Source: Eledone cirrhosa (Eukaryota). From it: a DNA stretch of 64,000 nt. Positions 43,265-55,852 of this stretch are shown one piece after another. The stretch lies in assembly GCA_964016885.1 (NCBI GenBank), contig OZ024746.1, forward strand, positions 59,520,001 through 59,584,000, read 5' to 3'. The position numbers and the translations under genes were made by a program. Positions within the stretch are counted from its first letter, which is position 1. Each line of letters begins with the position of its first letter. A model generated the notes under the pieces. The model did not search any database and was not told the DNA's origin. It saw only the letters and a program-made list of their open reading frames with translations.

Positions 43265-43412
43265 ATATAGAAGTGGCTTATACGGGACTATAACTGTTTC
43301 CTTCGAATGAAACAATTCTAGCCCTGTAGAAGCCATTTCTATATTAAATATTTATACTCTGCTTTGTATTGAGTACCTTACTTACCGTCGTTACCCCCGA
43401 TTGAACCCGGCA
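43265..43412. mobile_element. Fold-back family H1: hairpin (43265-43344) + conserved tail
   Basis: atatagaa.tggctt.tac.ggacta.aactgtttc-cttcgaat-gaaacaattctagccctgtagaagccatttctatat, then gtattgagtacctta...cccgattgaacccgg; homologous to 43624-43740 and 59316-59499. Confidence 0.8.
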
Positions 43413-43437
43413 TACATACATATATATATATATATAT

Positions 43438-43607
43438 ACAGGTAAAATTCCGTTTAACGAATACCATTATAACGAATTTTTCAGTATAACGAATTTTTTT
43501 TCAATCGCGTGCCACAAGCGTTAGGTCGATCTCGTTATAAAGAATTTTTCATTACAACGATTTTTTTTTATACCCTGTGAATTTCCTTATAACGGAATCT
43601 CACTATG
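43438..43607. mobile_element. pogo/Tigger-like MITE
   Basis: Inverted ends caggtaaaattccgtttaacgaa / ttccttataacggaatctcacta; repeated tataacgaa motifs; sits in TA context. Confidence 0.7.
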
Positions 43608-43623
43608 TATATATATATATATA

Positions 43624-43740
43624 ATATAGAAATGGCTTCTACAGGACTACAACTGTTTCCTTCGAAAGAAATCATCAATACTCTACTGTGTATTGAGTAC
43701 CTTACTTACTCTGGTTACCCCCGATTGAACCTAGGATACA
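43624..43740. mobile_element. Family H1 copy with one arm deleted; antisense hammerhead core retained
   Basis: Minus strand TTGATGA-tttc-tttc-gaag-GAAA-cagttg-TA-gtc joined directly to the tail. Confidence 0.72.
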
Positions 43741-43871
43741 AATATATATATATATGTGTGTGTGTGTGTATTATATAGATCACCGGCACAGTTTCAAATC
43801 GGGCCATTTCTTTACAAACTAATCGAACACTATTATTAATGTTCGATATAACCTATACGTACATATGTATG

Positions 43872-44990
43872 GTCTAGCTTTTCTTCTGTGGCGATAGCTT
43901 CCTTTGGCTTAAAGCCCTATTCGCCTTGGAAGCTCTAGCTGTGGTTCTGTTGCTATAGCTTCCTTCGGCTTAAAGCCCAGCTCAGCTTAAAAACTCTATC
44001 TGTGGTTCTGTAGCTATAGCTTTCTTCAGCTTAAAGCCCAGCTTGCTTTGGAAGATCTAGCTGTGGTTCTCCTGCTATAGCTTCCTACGGCTAAAAGCCC
44101 AGCTCGTCTTGGAAGCTCTAGATGTGGTTATGTGCTTAAAGTTTTCTTCTGCTAAAAGCCCAATTCGCCTTGGAAGTTCTAGCTATGATTCTGTGGCTAT
44201 AGCTTCCTTCAGCTTAAAACCCTGCTTGCTTTGGAAGCTCTAGCTGTGGTTCTATGGATATAACTTTCTTCGGCTTAAAGCCCAGCTCGGCTTAAAAGTT
44301 CTATCTGTGGTTAATTAAAACCCAGCACGGCATCGAAACTCTAGCTGTGGTTCTGCGGCTATAGCTTCCTTTGGCTTAAAGCCCAGCTTGCCTTGGAAGC
44401 TCTCACTATGGTTCTGTGGTTATAGCTTTCTTCAGCTTAAAGCCCAGCTCACCTTTAGTAGCTCTAGCTGTGCTTCGGAGTCTATAGCTTCCTTCGTGTT
44501 AAAGCCCAGTTCAGCTTAAAGCTCTATCTGTGGTTCTGTGGATATAGCTTCCTTCGGCTAAGAGCCCAGCTCGCCTTAGAAGCTCTAGCTTTTCTTATAT
44601 GGCTATAGCTTCATTCGGCTTAAAAGCCAGTTCGTCATGGAAGCTCTATCTGTGGTTCTGTGGCTATAGCTTCCTTCAGCTTAAAACTGTGCTTTCCTTG
44701 GAAGCACTTACTGTGTGTCTCTGGCTTTAGCTTCCTTCGGCTTAAAGCCCTTTTTGTCTTGGAAACTCTAGCTGTGATTCTGGGGCTGTGGTTCTGAGCT
44801 GTGATTCTGCATAAAGTCCAGCTCACCTTGGAAGATCTAGCTATGGTTCTATGGCTATAGCTTCCTTCGGTTAGAAGCCCAATTCGCCTTAGAATTTCTA
44901 GCCCTGCTTCTGTGGGTATAACTTCTTTCGGCTTAAAGTCCAGGTCATCTTGGAAGCTCTAGCTGCGGTTCTGTTGTTATAGCTTATTTC
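43872..44990. repeat. 61-bp satellite (~18 diverged units; ctctagctgtggttctgtggctatagcttccttcggcttaaagcccagctcgccttggaag-like)
   Basis: The ctctagct-like anchor recurs at 43933, 43994, 44055, 44116, 44177 (61-bp spacing). Confidence 0.95.
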
Positions 44991-45167
44991 TGACTATGGC
45001 GTGCATTGGAATCACAGGTCAACCTTGCTCGCCTCACAAGCCCTAGCGTTCTGTTTCACGCTATAGGTTCCATTGGTTATAGCAGACATCATCACATTCA
45101 ATTACACACACACACACATACAACTATATATATACAACTATATATACATGTATATACATATATATAC

Positions 45168-45309
<142 letters not shown>

Positions 45310-45661
45310 ATAAAAGAGAGATAAACACAGATATAAAAATAAATGTGTTCAAATCGTAAAGGACTGTATTCGCTAGGGTGAAAAAAATACTAGCTATTGA
45401 CAATATGGTTTGCCAGACTCAATTTAAAACAATAAATCAAGAAAAGAAATACAAACCAATATTGGGCAACTGCCTAAGACCCTTAAGATTTGAACACATA
45501 TATGATTATATATGTGTTTATCTCTCTTTTATATTTATTTATATTACACGCATTAGAAAAACCTCTTTCTTTGAGCTACTTGATTGTAAGAGACTATTTT
45601 GAGTTTCTAACTTAATGTATACCTTTGATATATACATATATATATACACATATATATAGAT

Positions 45662-45784
<123 letters not shown>

Positions 45785-46086
45785 GTGTGTGTGTGTGTGA
45801 AACCTGATGCTCATTACTGCTATTTTGTGGATGCGTATATTTTTTATTGGAGGAGGTAAGAAATTTTTAATATATTCTATAATCCATACTTTAAATTTAC
45901 AATTTTACGATCAATTGCATACACAGAAATAGAGAGGATTTTTTCAAAATGTTATTTATTCAATATAAAAATTAAATGATAGTATTGTAATTGTGTGTGA
46001 GCTCCTTTTTCTCTTCCTGGCAACCCATATTTTAGACCCAGTCCGGCAATATATATATATATACATATATATATGTACATATACAG

Positions 46087-46207
<121 letters not shown>

Positions 46208-46229
46208 ATGTATGTATATATATATAAAA

Positions 46230-46263
<34 letters not shown>

Positions 46264-46420
46264 ATGTATATATTTGCTTGTGTTTGGGTTTGCAGATATA
46301 TTTGCTTTCATGCTTGAATTGTGACACATCAGAACATGGCTGTATGTACATGTGTATAGATAAAAGGATTGAATTTTACAGCACATTATTTACCTCATTG
46401 TGGTTTGCGGTTCCAAATGC

Positions 46421-46516
<96 letters not shown>

Positions 46517-46961
46517 AAAAAGAGAGATAGAAAAACAGAGAGAGGGAGGGGAAGAAATGAAGAATTGGACGAATGTGTAGGAGTAAGTGAGAAATAGATC
46601 GCTAGGTAAGTAGATAGATAAATATATATGCGGCAATGGGGATTTAAACTTATATATATATGTGTGTGTGGTGTGTGTGTGTGTGTGTGTAAGTATATTT
46701 AAATATGTATGTATGTTTAAATGAATATATATATATATATATATGTGTGTGTATGTATGTATGTATTCGTGCATGTATGTATATGTTTCAAACGATTGTA
46801 TCCATTATATAACTAGGTATGTAAACGGCTGTAATACTGTTAATATATTCCTCCGAATTCGACTACAAAGCTTTCATAATTCATGTGTATCATTAATTGG
46901 AAACGCTGCAATGAGAAGATATGATCAAATGATATATTACACAACATTATTGTTATTATTG

Positions 46962-47029
<68 letters not shown>

Positions 47030-47524
47030 GTGTCATTTAGATATTATATCAGAATTAACGTTTGTTGATCAAACAAAATGGTGGACGAAACATTTGTAAT
47101 TTAACGACATGGTGCGTAGAGAGAAATATTGCTGTATTACGGTGTTTTTGTTACGTAACATATTTTATACATAAGTGAGAATATGTGAAGCTTGGCTGCA
47201 CAATCCCATTACGATGTAATACGTTAATTAAGTCAGGTAATTTACCTAGGTAATTCTTAATGGATTAATATAGATGCAATCACACATTATATCTATATAT
47301 TTCTAAATAATATCGATTCGTTGTAATTACTGGAATAAAACAGTTACTGCGGGATTGGCTATGTGGTAAAGAAGATAGATTTGCAACTAAATTGTTCGTT
47401 CCATATTGGAGCTTTCTGCGTGCCACCTTCCCCAAGTGCCTTAAACCATGGCGGTTGCTTGACTTCATCAATGTCTTGTGGACGTTAACAGAAACTTTGT
47501 AGAAGCTCAAAGTATATATATGTA

Positions 47525-47560
<36 letters not shown>

Positions 47561-47581
47561 CACGCACATACACACATATAT

Positions 47582-47700
47582 ATTCAGGACCCCGACGGCT
47601 GAGCTCCGGCCGTTTCGACAGTTAGATCTTGCTGTTGAAACAGCCGGAGCTCAGCCGTCGGGGTCCTGAATCTTTTCATATTACCCACACTACTATATAT
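47582..47700. mobile_element. Fold-back family H2 in (TA)n (40-bp arms + one-sided extension)
   Basis: attcaggaccccgacggctgagctccggccgtttcgacag...ctgttgaaacagccggagctcagccgtcggggtcctgaat; related to 61290-61481. Confidence 0.8.
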
Positions 47701-48655
47701 ATATCAGATAGGGTGTTGTAAAATACCAGGTGGACCATAACACACCAGAGTAGTCGATACTTGGGGTAGTAGTCGATACTTGGGGTACTAGTGTTTCAGG
47801 AATTTTATACATTATCGGTGACGTTTGTTCACTCGATAGTGAGACAATAATAAAACTATAGCTTACGTACTTTTCTCGTATAAAACATTTGCTGGAGATG
47901 CATATAATGCGAACCTGAGTTGCTAGGATTAATCAGCAGTAGCCTTATACATGATTCATAAAAGGGGTTTTCATTTAAGCACAAGCCTAACACTCTTCTA
48001 GTACTGTGTATTATCGGCTCCAGAAGGGTGAAAGACAAATTTTATCTCAAAACAGGGACATCAATTCTCCCGACGCTCTAACGATTCTGCCAAACCACCA
48101 CCCTCTGATATACAAAAATAATAATCTAATATTGATATATACTATAGAAGGATGAAAGGTAAAATTAATCTCGATGGAAATTGAACTCAAATGCCGAAAA
48201 TAATTCTGTCCTACGTTCTAACTATCCCCCCAATAAGCTATCCTGTAATCCATAATAATTTAATATTAACATATACGATAGAATTTGAAGAACAAAATTG
48301 CTAAAATTCTCAATAGACATTCTTTTTCTTTTAGTCTTTTTTTTTAAATATAACTTCTATTGTGATGATTCGAATGATTAATTTGTATGGAAATAGTTGG
48401 GGAGTTCTTTGTCTTTGACTCGTTTTTTTTTTCTATTTCTTTTTTTTAATCTGTAGCAGAAAACGTTGGAATATTTTTTCGAGCAATTTTCCATTTTTTA
48501 ATAGAAATTAAACGATAAATGGCACAGGCACCATTTAATGTTATATTATTATTACCAATTATTTCAAGAACTGATTAGCATCATTATTTCTAGAATTCTA
48601 GAAATAATTGCCTGCGTTATTAAATTAGTTCTTGATATGTATGTATTTGTGTATG

Positions 48656-51600
48656 TTCTTCTGGTTTTATAATTTCACAAAGTTTTACCAATAGAGAGAG
48701 AGTCGGTTTCTAACATAGACACAAGACTCTCTCATTGGAATTTACACAACATCAACTAGGTAGATATGTATGTATGCATGCATGTGTAGATATGGATGTT
48801 ATTGTATGTGTGAATGTGTATGTTTTGAGTTGTATGTGTGCATGTGTATATGCTTTGTATCTGTACATGTGTATATGCAGTTATTAGATGCAACATTTTT
48901 GGAATGTTTTACATATTTTTACTGTTCCATTAATGGATTGCACTTGTAGTTTCCTAACTAGTTGTGTTCTTTCTGTTCCTGTGAAGCCTAGCTTCTCAAG
49001 ATTTGTATTGAGGCAGTTACTAACATATCCCAGTGCCCCAATAATCACAGGCATAAATCTGAAGGTGTAATCAGGGTGGAGTATCTGCAGATTTCTCATC
49101 GGTTCTGCATAAATGTTCTCCTTTTCACTAATCTTTGATATTATATTGGCATCTGCTGGGCAGCTAATTTCCACTACTGTGCATGTTTTCTTCTCCCTGT
49201 CCCATATCATAATATATGGTCTGTTATGCCTGCATTTTATTGGGGCTTTTACTGGAACATTCCACCAGTACTCTTTCATATTATGTACATGGATGTCTTC
49301 CACATTGTTGTAGCTGTTAATGTGTTTATTATCGGGGCAATCTTTTTTACGAACTGCATTGTACAGTGTTTTGGCCACTACATCATGCCTCATAGGTAGA
49401 TAGTACCGCGATGACATCTTTGGGCAGCTGCTGATGACATGGGTGATATCCTCGATGTTAGTTCTGCAGAGTCTGCACTTGTTATCACATCTAGGTGTTT
49501 TGCCTGCATCCCTATCTCTTTTGTGAATCAGGTATTTCGTGCTAATCTCCTGTTCTTGGATTGCAAAAGCGTATCCTTCAAAGTGGGAGCCAATATAGCG
49601 GTTGTTGGTCCAAGATAGACTACTTTCCTTATCTATATTGCTCTCACTCTGGAGCTTCCTGGCAACATATCCATACATGATTTTTTGCTGATAGGCATGT
49701 AGTTTTTCATCCATGGATTCACTGCGATACTGCTGAGCGACATCCCTGAGTTATTGATTATCACACAGGGAATGTCTCTCGAGGAGTTCCTTCCCAACTC
49801 TCATGATCTTATCTGTTTCATGCAGATAGACTTGCTCGAAAAACAGGCCCCTACGCTTCGAGGTTCGTAGATGTTGTCGGAGAGATATGATGAGACATTA
49901 AAATGTTGTCTGGACTGATGCTAGGCCTCTGCCTCCCTGCTTACGTTTCAAGTAAAGGCGGTCTATGTCACTGTTGATGTGGAAGTTTCCGGTGTTGTTC
50001 AGTATTTTTCGAGTTCCAACATCAACTGCTCGGATTTCGTCTATCGTCCAATTGAGTATTCCAAACGTTGGTGTTAGGACAGGCACAGCAAACACATTGT
50101 GAGCCAGTTTTGTTTTGCGATGACCAGATCTTTCTTAATCGAGTGTAGTATTCCCTGGTTACGCGTTCTTTATTACAGATACCATTATAGGATATGTTCT
50201 CATCTATCCCCAGGTATCTGTAGCAGTCCTCATCAGATATCGGTGAAACAGTTAGTTAGACCATTGATGACAATGCTGCTAGATTGGGTTGTTGTTTTTC
50301 CCCGCTTTACAGTCATGTATGAGCATTTATCTTGTCCAAACTCCATTCCTATATCCTTTGAGAACGTTGTAACCAGGTCAAGATTTTTCTTCATCCCATC
50401 CATGTTCTTGGCATAGAGTTTCAGATCGTCCACAAAGAAGTTATGGGTTAGGTTCGTATTTCTGTCCTCCTGTGAGCCAATGATGTATCCCTCACATTTC
50501 TTGAGCAGAAAGGACAAGGGATTTAATGACAAGATGAACAATATCACAGAGAGACTGTCCCCCTGAAATATACCCCTGCAATATTTTATTTTATCAGTGA
50601 AAATAGAGTCCTCCCTCTCTGTCTTTAACCTTAGGATAGTAGCCCAAGAAGAAGATAGCCTCTCTATGGCTCTGACAATAATGTCTGGGACTTTAGCAAG
50701 TTGGAGGGCCTCTATCATCCAAGAGTGGGGAACAGAATCGAAAGCTTTCTTGTAGTCCAGCCAGACTGTAGTCATATTCCTCCTAAGTTGTCGCACCTCC
50801 GACATCGCAGTTTTGTTGATTAGGAGTTGTTCAGCACATCCCCAAACCCTTTTCTTTCCAGCTGCTTGTTCATCTGTGATGATGTTATTATTTTCACAGT
50901 GATCTTGGAGGAATAGGTTCAGGCAGGCTGTATAATCTTATACATCAGGTTCTGGCATGCAATGGGTCGGTAGTTTTTTGCCAAGTGGGTGTCTTTGTTC
51001 TTGGGGACCAGTAACGTTTGTGCTAATGTCAACCATTCTGGTATAAGTGTATCTCCCTTAAGAACTTGTTGGTAGAGGTCAGTAAGATACCTCCGATAGA
51101 ATATTAGTTTTTTGTACCAGTAGCCGACAATCATGTCTCTTCCTGGTGTTTTCTTATCTTGGAGTTTTCCTATCACAGTCTCAAGGGTACCCTCACTTAT
51201 TTCGTATGTTTTTGTTGTAGTGTAGGAGCAATAGTTCTTTCGGATTTCTCTTAGCCACACTGCATCTTGGTTGAAATTCTTCTTTTCACCCCATATTTTT
51301 CTCCAAAAGGCATCTATGTCTTTCTGGGATGGGGCCTCAGTGACACTTATTATTTTGCCCTTCATATCTCTATAGACTGATGTTTGGTTTCGTCTGAATC
51401 TTTTATTAAGCATTTTTCTCTCATCTACCTTCTTCAGGTATCGGCGTTTTTCGCTAACAGCTCTCAATTCTTGTTTGAGGGTGATCAGCTTATATTGGAG
51501 AGTTCTGGTTCTACTGTTACCAAACATCGTCTCTATTTTATTTTTCACTCTTTGTTGGTGAGGAGTGCGGGTTTTTTTATGTTTGTTTGCATGTAAGGAG

Positions 51601-51791
51601 CATTGTCACATGTCTTATGTTTTTTCGTAGGTCAGCACTCTTTTTTTCTATTTTAGTTATATATGATGGTATTTTTTGTGGTGTTTTGTTCTTGTTAATA
51701 TCTCTGCTATCACCAAGATAATGCTTCACTGTCATTGCTAAGGCATATAAACAGGCGTTGATTTGCCAAAATGTTGGGGGTTTTATCCGTC
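48656..51791 (-). pseudogene. R4/Dong-type non-LTR retrotransposon family A, 5'-truncated and frameshifted
   Basis: ORF pieces 51548-50919, 50805-50233 (WLDYKKAFDSV, GIFQGDSLS, FFVDDLK), 50095-49898 and 49714-48884 (CRLC..EDITHVISSC, RHD, RP(Y)IMI..VVEISCP..EKE) are collinear with the neighbouring intact ORF; (TATG)n at both ends. Confidence 0.92.
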
Positions 51792-51824
51792 GTATGTATG
51801 TATGTATGTATGTATGTATGTATG

Positions 51825-54800
51825 TTTTCTCTTTCTCTTAATTTTGAGTATATTTTTTGACCGGCCACCTTCCTGGTGGCAAGGTTGTAAAAGAAAAGAA
51901 ATTGTCATCCCTTGAATCGCAAGAATGTTTTGCAAATTTTGAAGGTGCCAGCTATCGCAGCCATTTGTAGACTATGAATTAGGGAGCTGCGCTTTTTGTC
52001 CGCAAATCCAAGTTCAGTCATACTTTGGTCCAAGCGGGTTGGTATATAACCCGTAGCACCAATAATGATGGGTATGAAGCTAAAGGTGTATCTTGGATAC
52101 TGGATTTGTAAAATCCTCATCAATGGTCCGTAGATGTCCTCCTTCTCCTGTATTTTTCTGACAACGTTTACATCAAGTGGGCAGCTGATCTCCACAACAG
52201 AACACGTTTTCAATGTGTGGTCCCAAACTACAATATCAGGCCGGTTGTGCTTTAATTTGGTGGCAGTTTTTATTTTCAGGTTCCACCAGTATTCCTTAGT
52301 GCCATCTGTCTCAATATATTCTTCCTCGTTTGTTGTTGATTTTGTTTTCCGAAGTGCGTTCCAGATGGTTCTAGCTATCCCATCGTGTCTCATGGGGAGG
52401 TAGTAGCGAGATGACATTCTTTCGCAGCTGGCAACAATGTGGCTTACATCCTCGATCTTTGTTTTACATAGCCTACATTTATTGTCAGCTGCTGGCCCTC
52501 CTCTTTTGTGCAGCAGATATTTGGTAGGGAGTTCTTGTTCCTGTATTGCATAGAGATATCCCTCAAGGTGTGATGTCATAAACTTGTCGGAACTCCATGC
52601 CAGGCTTTTTGAGTGGTTTATCCCCTCTATGGTCTGTGTTTTACGCCTCAAGTATCCATGCACAACTTTTTCTGTAAATTGGTCAATTTTTTTTTCTTGT
52701 TTGAACATTGAATAGGATCTTCCGATTTCTCTGGGTGAGAGATTTATATCGGGCTTTATTCCATATCTCTCATCCAGATCAGTCGCTATTCTAATGATAT
52801 TTCTTTTTTCATGGTCATAAACCTGGGCAAGATGGTTGCCAACCTTTTTCCTCTGTTGAAGGTGTTGCTTCAGTGTCACTATCCGGGTCTCATATGTTGT
52901 TAATATTGATTTTAGACCCCGGCCACCTTCCTTGCGTGAGAAGTATAGCCTATCCACATCACCATTGATGTTAAAGTTCCCAGTAACACTGAGAAGTTTT
53001 CGAGTTCTAACATCCATCTCACTTAGTTCTTGCAATGACCAGTTCAGTAGGCCAAATGTTGGCGTTAGAATTGGCACAGCATAAGTATTGTGGGCAATGT
53101 ATTTGTTGTATGCTGACAGTTCTGATGACCATATTTTCTTTACTCTTCTGAGGTATTCAGTTCTGGTTCTCTCCTTATTTATGGGTCCATCATATCTGAC
53201 ATTCTCATCCTGTCCAAGATATCTGTAGTTGTCACCTGACTGCAGAGGTTGTATTGTCAGGCCGTTCATCTCTAGATTTCTAGAGGAGGGCACAGCTCTT
53301 CCACGTTTTACTGCCAAATATGCACACTTGGACTCACCAAATTTCATTTTGATGTCGGTTGAAAATTGTGTAATGAGGTCCAATTGTTTCTTGATGTCAT
53401 TGATATTTGGCCCATACAACTTCAGGTCATCAACAAAGAAAAGATGGGAGATACTTCTGGTCCCACTTCTTTGTCGACCTTGTTTCCTGAGTAGGTAAGA
53501 TAGTGGATTCAGTGAGAGAACGAAGAGTAGCACTGACAAGCTATCACCCTGAAAGATGCCCTTTTGGTAATGTATCTTATCAGTCTTAACCTGCTCCTTC
53601 TCACCTCTAAGGATCAAACTGGTGTACCAGTTCTTGGTCAGGCGTTCAACAGCAGCTACCAATGGTTGTGGGACTTTAGCTAACTGTAAAGCCTTAACAA
53701 TCCACCCATGAGGTACACTATCAAATGCTTTTTGATAGTCCAGCCACACGACAGTCATGTTTCTGCGATTCTTTGTTGTTTTTTCCTGAATCATTTTGTT
53801 AGTTAGTAGGTGATCTATGCAACCCCACACCTCCCTCTTTCCACCAGCTTGCTCAGATGTTATGATGTTGTTGGTAGCACAGTGATCCTGTAAGAACAGG
53901 TTAAGGCACCCAGTATATAATTTATACATGATGTTTTGGCAGGCAATTAGGCGGTAATTTTTAGCAAGGGTGGTTTGGCTATTTTGGGGAATGAGGAGAG
54001 TAGAGGCAGTTGATAACCATCTGGGCAGTTCTTGTGTGCCCTTAATGGTTTCTGTAAACAGCCGTATGAGATCTTGCCGATAGAAAGTGAAATTCTTCAA
54101 CCAGTATCCTGTAATGAGGTCTGGGCCTGGCGATTTCCTATTCGACATTTTCTGTAGAGCTGTTTCCAGTATTGACCCATCTATGTCATATTGTTTTGTC
54201 TGGACATGTTGGCAGTAGTCCTGTTCCAGTTCTTTTAGCCAATTAGCTTGTCTGTTGAATCCGTCATCCGTTTCCCATACAGATCTCCAGTAGCTCTCAA
54301 CCTGTTCTTTTGAAGGGGTGTCATTTACAGAGATTGAGCTTTTGCCACCGAAGCTGCGATAAACTGATTTAGGATCTCTGGCAAACAATCTATTTAGCAC
54401 TTGTCGTTTATGTGCTGTTGACTTATATTTTAGTCTTTCTGTTGTAGCTGTGAGTTGTTGTTTCAACTGGTGTAATTTGGAGTTCAAAGTTTTAAATTTT
54501 GTATCTCCAAATCTTCTCTCTAACTTTTTCTTTAGGTCTTCCTGGTGTTGTGTGAAGTTGCTCTCTATGTTGCATTTCATAACGACTGCGATGTGTGAGA
54601 TACTTCGTCTCAGGGACAAAATTTTGGTTTTTAAATTTCGCATCCACGCTGGTTCAGGCTTTCTGTTTGTATCTTGATTGCGTGGTTTTAGATGTGTGTT
54701 ATATGCTAGCAATGTGACAGCTGAAACATATAACAAAACATTAAGCGTTTCAAATGTCGTTTCTACACCTTTAGATCGTATAGCCTTCAGATAATTGCCA

Positions 54801-55852
54801 GCTATTTCGTTCACCGCTTCCAATTCCAATTTAGTGGGTTCTTTACTGACTCTAGTGTTGTATGGTCTGTCACTCACATTAAGGCTGTGTATCTCTTGAA
54901 ACATATCATTCCATATCACTTGTAGGGAGCCCACAAGTTTTTGGTGCTCTGTTTGTTCAGTAGAGTCATGAATTTCAGCCTCGTTGTTGATGTGGTGACA
55001 ATTACTACTAGAGTCAGCTGACCTTTCTCGCTGTTCTTCAGTGGAAGTGGGATGAATTTCAGCAAAATTGTTGGTGAGCTGTTCACTGTTAGATTTAGCT
55101 GGCCATTCTCTTTGTCTGTCAGTGGAGGTGGGGTGGTTGTCTACAAGGGCTGTATTTGTAGTATCACTCGATTCCGTTAGATGTATCAATTTACATCTAA
55201 TGATACGTTTTGCCTGTTCATTTAAATGCTTTGGAGAAAAGTCTAATTCTGGGTGTTTGGAGTTCCATAAAGTTTTTAGCCTTTGCATAAAACCGAACTT
55301 TTGGGGTTCAGATTGTTTGTATGCTTCATATAATACTTTGTTAAGCTCGTAGGTCCACTGTGTACAACGGTTGTAATTGCGATTTGGTCGAAGGAGACTT
55401 GTACTTTTTGCCATGATGAGTTCGTCTATTCACTAATATTTCGTATTTATTTTTCAAAATAGTCGATGATCTTCTTTAAAAGTTACGACAAAGTTCTGTC
55501 AGAATCAAATTTAAAGTTATTCACAGCTTGAGTAATATTTCTTTTCAGTTAGTTTTTAATTCTACAGCTGTGTTTTATATAAATGTAATATTTCTTTATA
55601 AATGTAATATAACAACGTTGCATTTATATGTTAAAGTGTATGTATCGTTCATATATCATAAGTGTATGTATCGTTCATATAAATAGGTGTTTTACAACAC
55701 ACTTACAGTTCAAACACTTATGTAGAATTATTGTATGCAATCTTACCGCGTAATGTAGCTCAACTTTTTCCAATATATGGTATGTTGCCTTCATGTAAGC
55801 CGTAATTACACACGTCCGATTATCGGACACTGACCACAACGGTCGCCATTTT
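51825..55852 (-). mobile_element. Apparently full-length R4/Dong-type non-LTR retrotransposon family B (~4.0 kb) in (TACA)n
   Basis: Single intact ORF, ~440-bp 5' UTR, ~80-bp 3' UTR, bounded sharply by (tatg)n on both sides; no poly(A). Confidence 0.92.
51905..55414 (-). CDS. Reverse transcriptase + CCHC zinc knuckle + restriction-like (PD..D/ExK) endonuclease, 1169 aa, R4 clade
   Basis: KSPGPD, NYRLIAC, WLDYQKAFDSVPH, GIFQGDSLS, LFFVDDLKLY, YRYLG, GGRGL, CRLC..EDVSHIVASC, RHD, KHNRPDIVV..VVEISCP..EKEDIY; no APE domain. Confidence 0.95.
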   Translation of the reverse strand: MAKSTSLLRPNRNYNRCTQWTYELNKVLYEAYKQSEPQKFGFMQRLKTLWNSKHPELDFSPKHLNEQAKRIIRCKLIHLTESSDTTNTALVDNHPTSTDRQREWPAKSNSEQLTNNFAEIHPTSTEEQRERSADSSSNCHHINNEAEIHDSTEQTEHQKLVGSLQVIWNDMFQEIHSLNVSDRPYNTRVSKEPTKLELEAVNEIAGNYLKAIRSKGVETTFETLNVLLYVSAVTLLAYNTHLKPRNQDTNRKPEPAWMRNLKTKILSLRRSISHIAVVMKCNIESNFTQHQEDLKKKLERRFGDTKFKTLNSKLHQLKQQLTATTERLKYKSTAHKRQVLNRLFARDPKSVYRSFGGKSSISVNDTPSKEQVESYWRSVWETDDGFNRQANWLKELEQDYCQHVQTKQYDIDGSILETALQKMSNRKSPGPDLITGYWLKNFTFYRQDLIRLFTETIKGTQELPRWLSTASTLLIPQNSQTTLAKNYRLIACQNIMYKLYTGCLNLFLQDHCATNNIITSEQAGGKREVWGCIDHLLTNKMIQEKTTKNRRNMTVVWLDYQKAFDSVPHGWIVKALQLAKVPQPLVAAVERLTKNWYTSLILRGEKEQVKTDKIHYQKGIFQGDSLSVLLFVLSLNPLSYLLRKQGRQRSGTRSISHLFFVDDLKLYGPNINDIKKQLDLITQFSTDIKMKFGESKCAYLAVKRGRAVPSSRNLEMNGLTIQPLQSGDNYRYLGQDENVRYDGPINKERTRTEYLRRVKKIWSSELSAYNKYIAHNTYAVPILTPTFGLLNWSLQELSEMDVRTRKLLSVTGNFNINGDVDRLYFSRKEGGRGLKSILTTYETRIVTLKQHLQQRKKVGNHLAQVYDHEKRNIIRIATDLDERYGIKPDINLSPREIGRSYSMFKQEKKIDQFTEKVVHGYLRRKTQTIEGINHSKSLAWSSDKFMTSHLEGYLYAIQEQELPTKYLLHKRGGPAADNKCRLCKTKIEDVSHIVASCERMSSRYYLPMRHDGIARTIWNALRKTKSTTNEEEYIETDGTKEYWWNLKIKTATKLKHNRPDIVVWDHTLKTCSVVEISCPLDVNVVRKIQEKEDIYGPLMRILQIQYPRYTFSFIPIIIGATGYIPTRLDQSMTELGFADKKRSSLIHSLQMAAIAGTFKICKTFLRFKG

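Noticed and set aside
43872-44990. CRISPR array or twister ribozyme array
   Set aside because: No unique spacers and no cas genes in a eukaryotic context; cggcttaaagccc resembles twister loop 4 but the pseudoknot partners are missing
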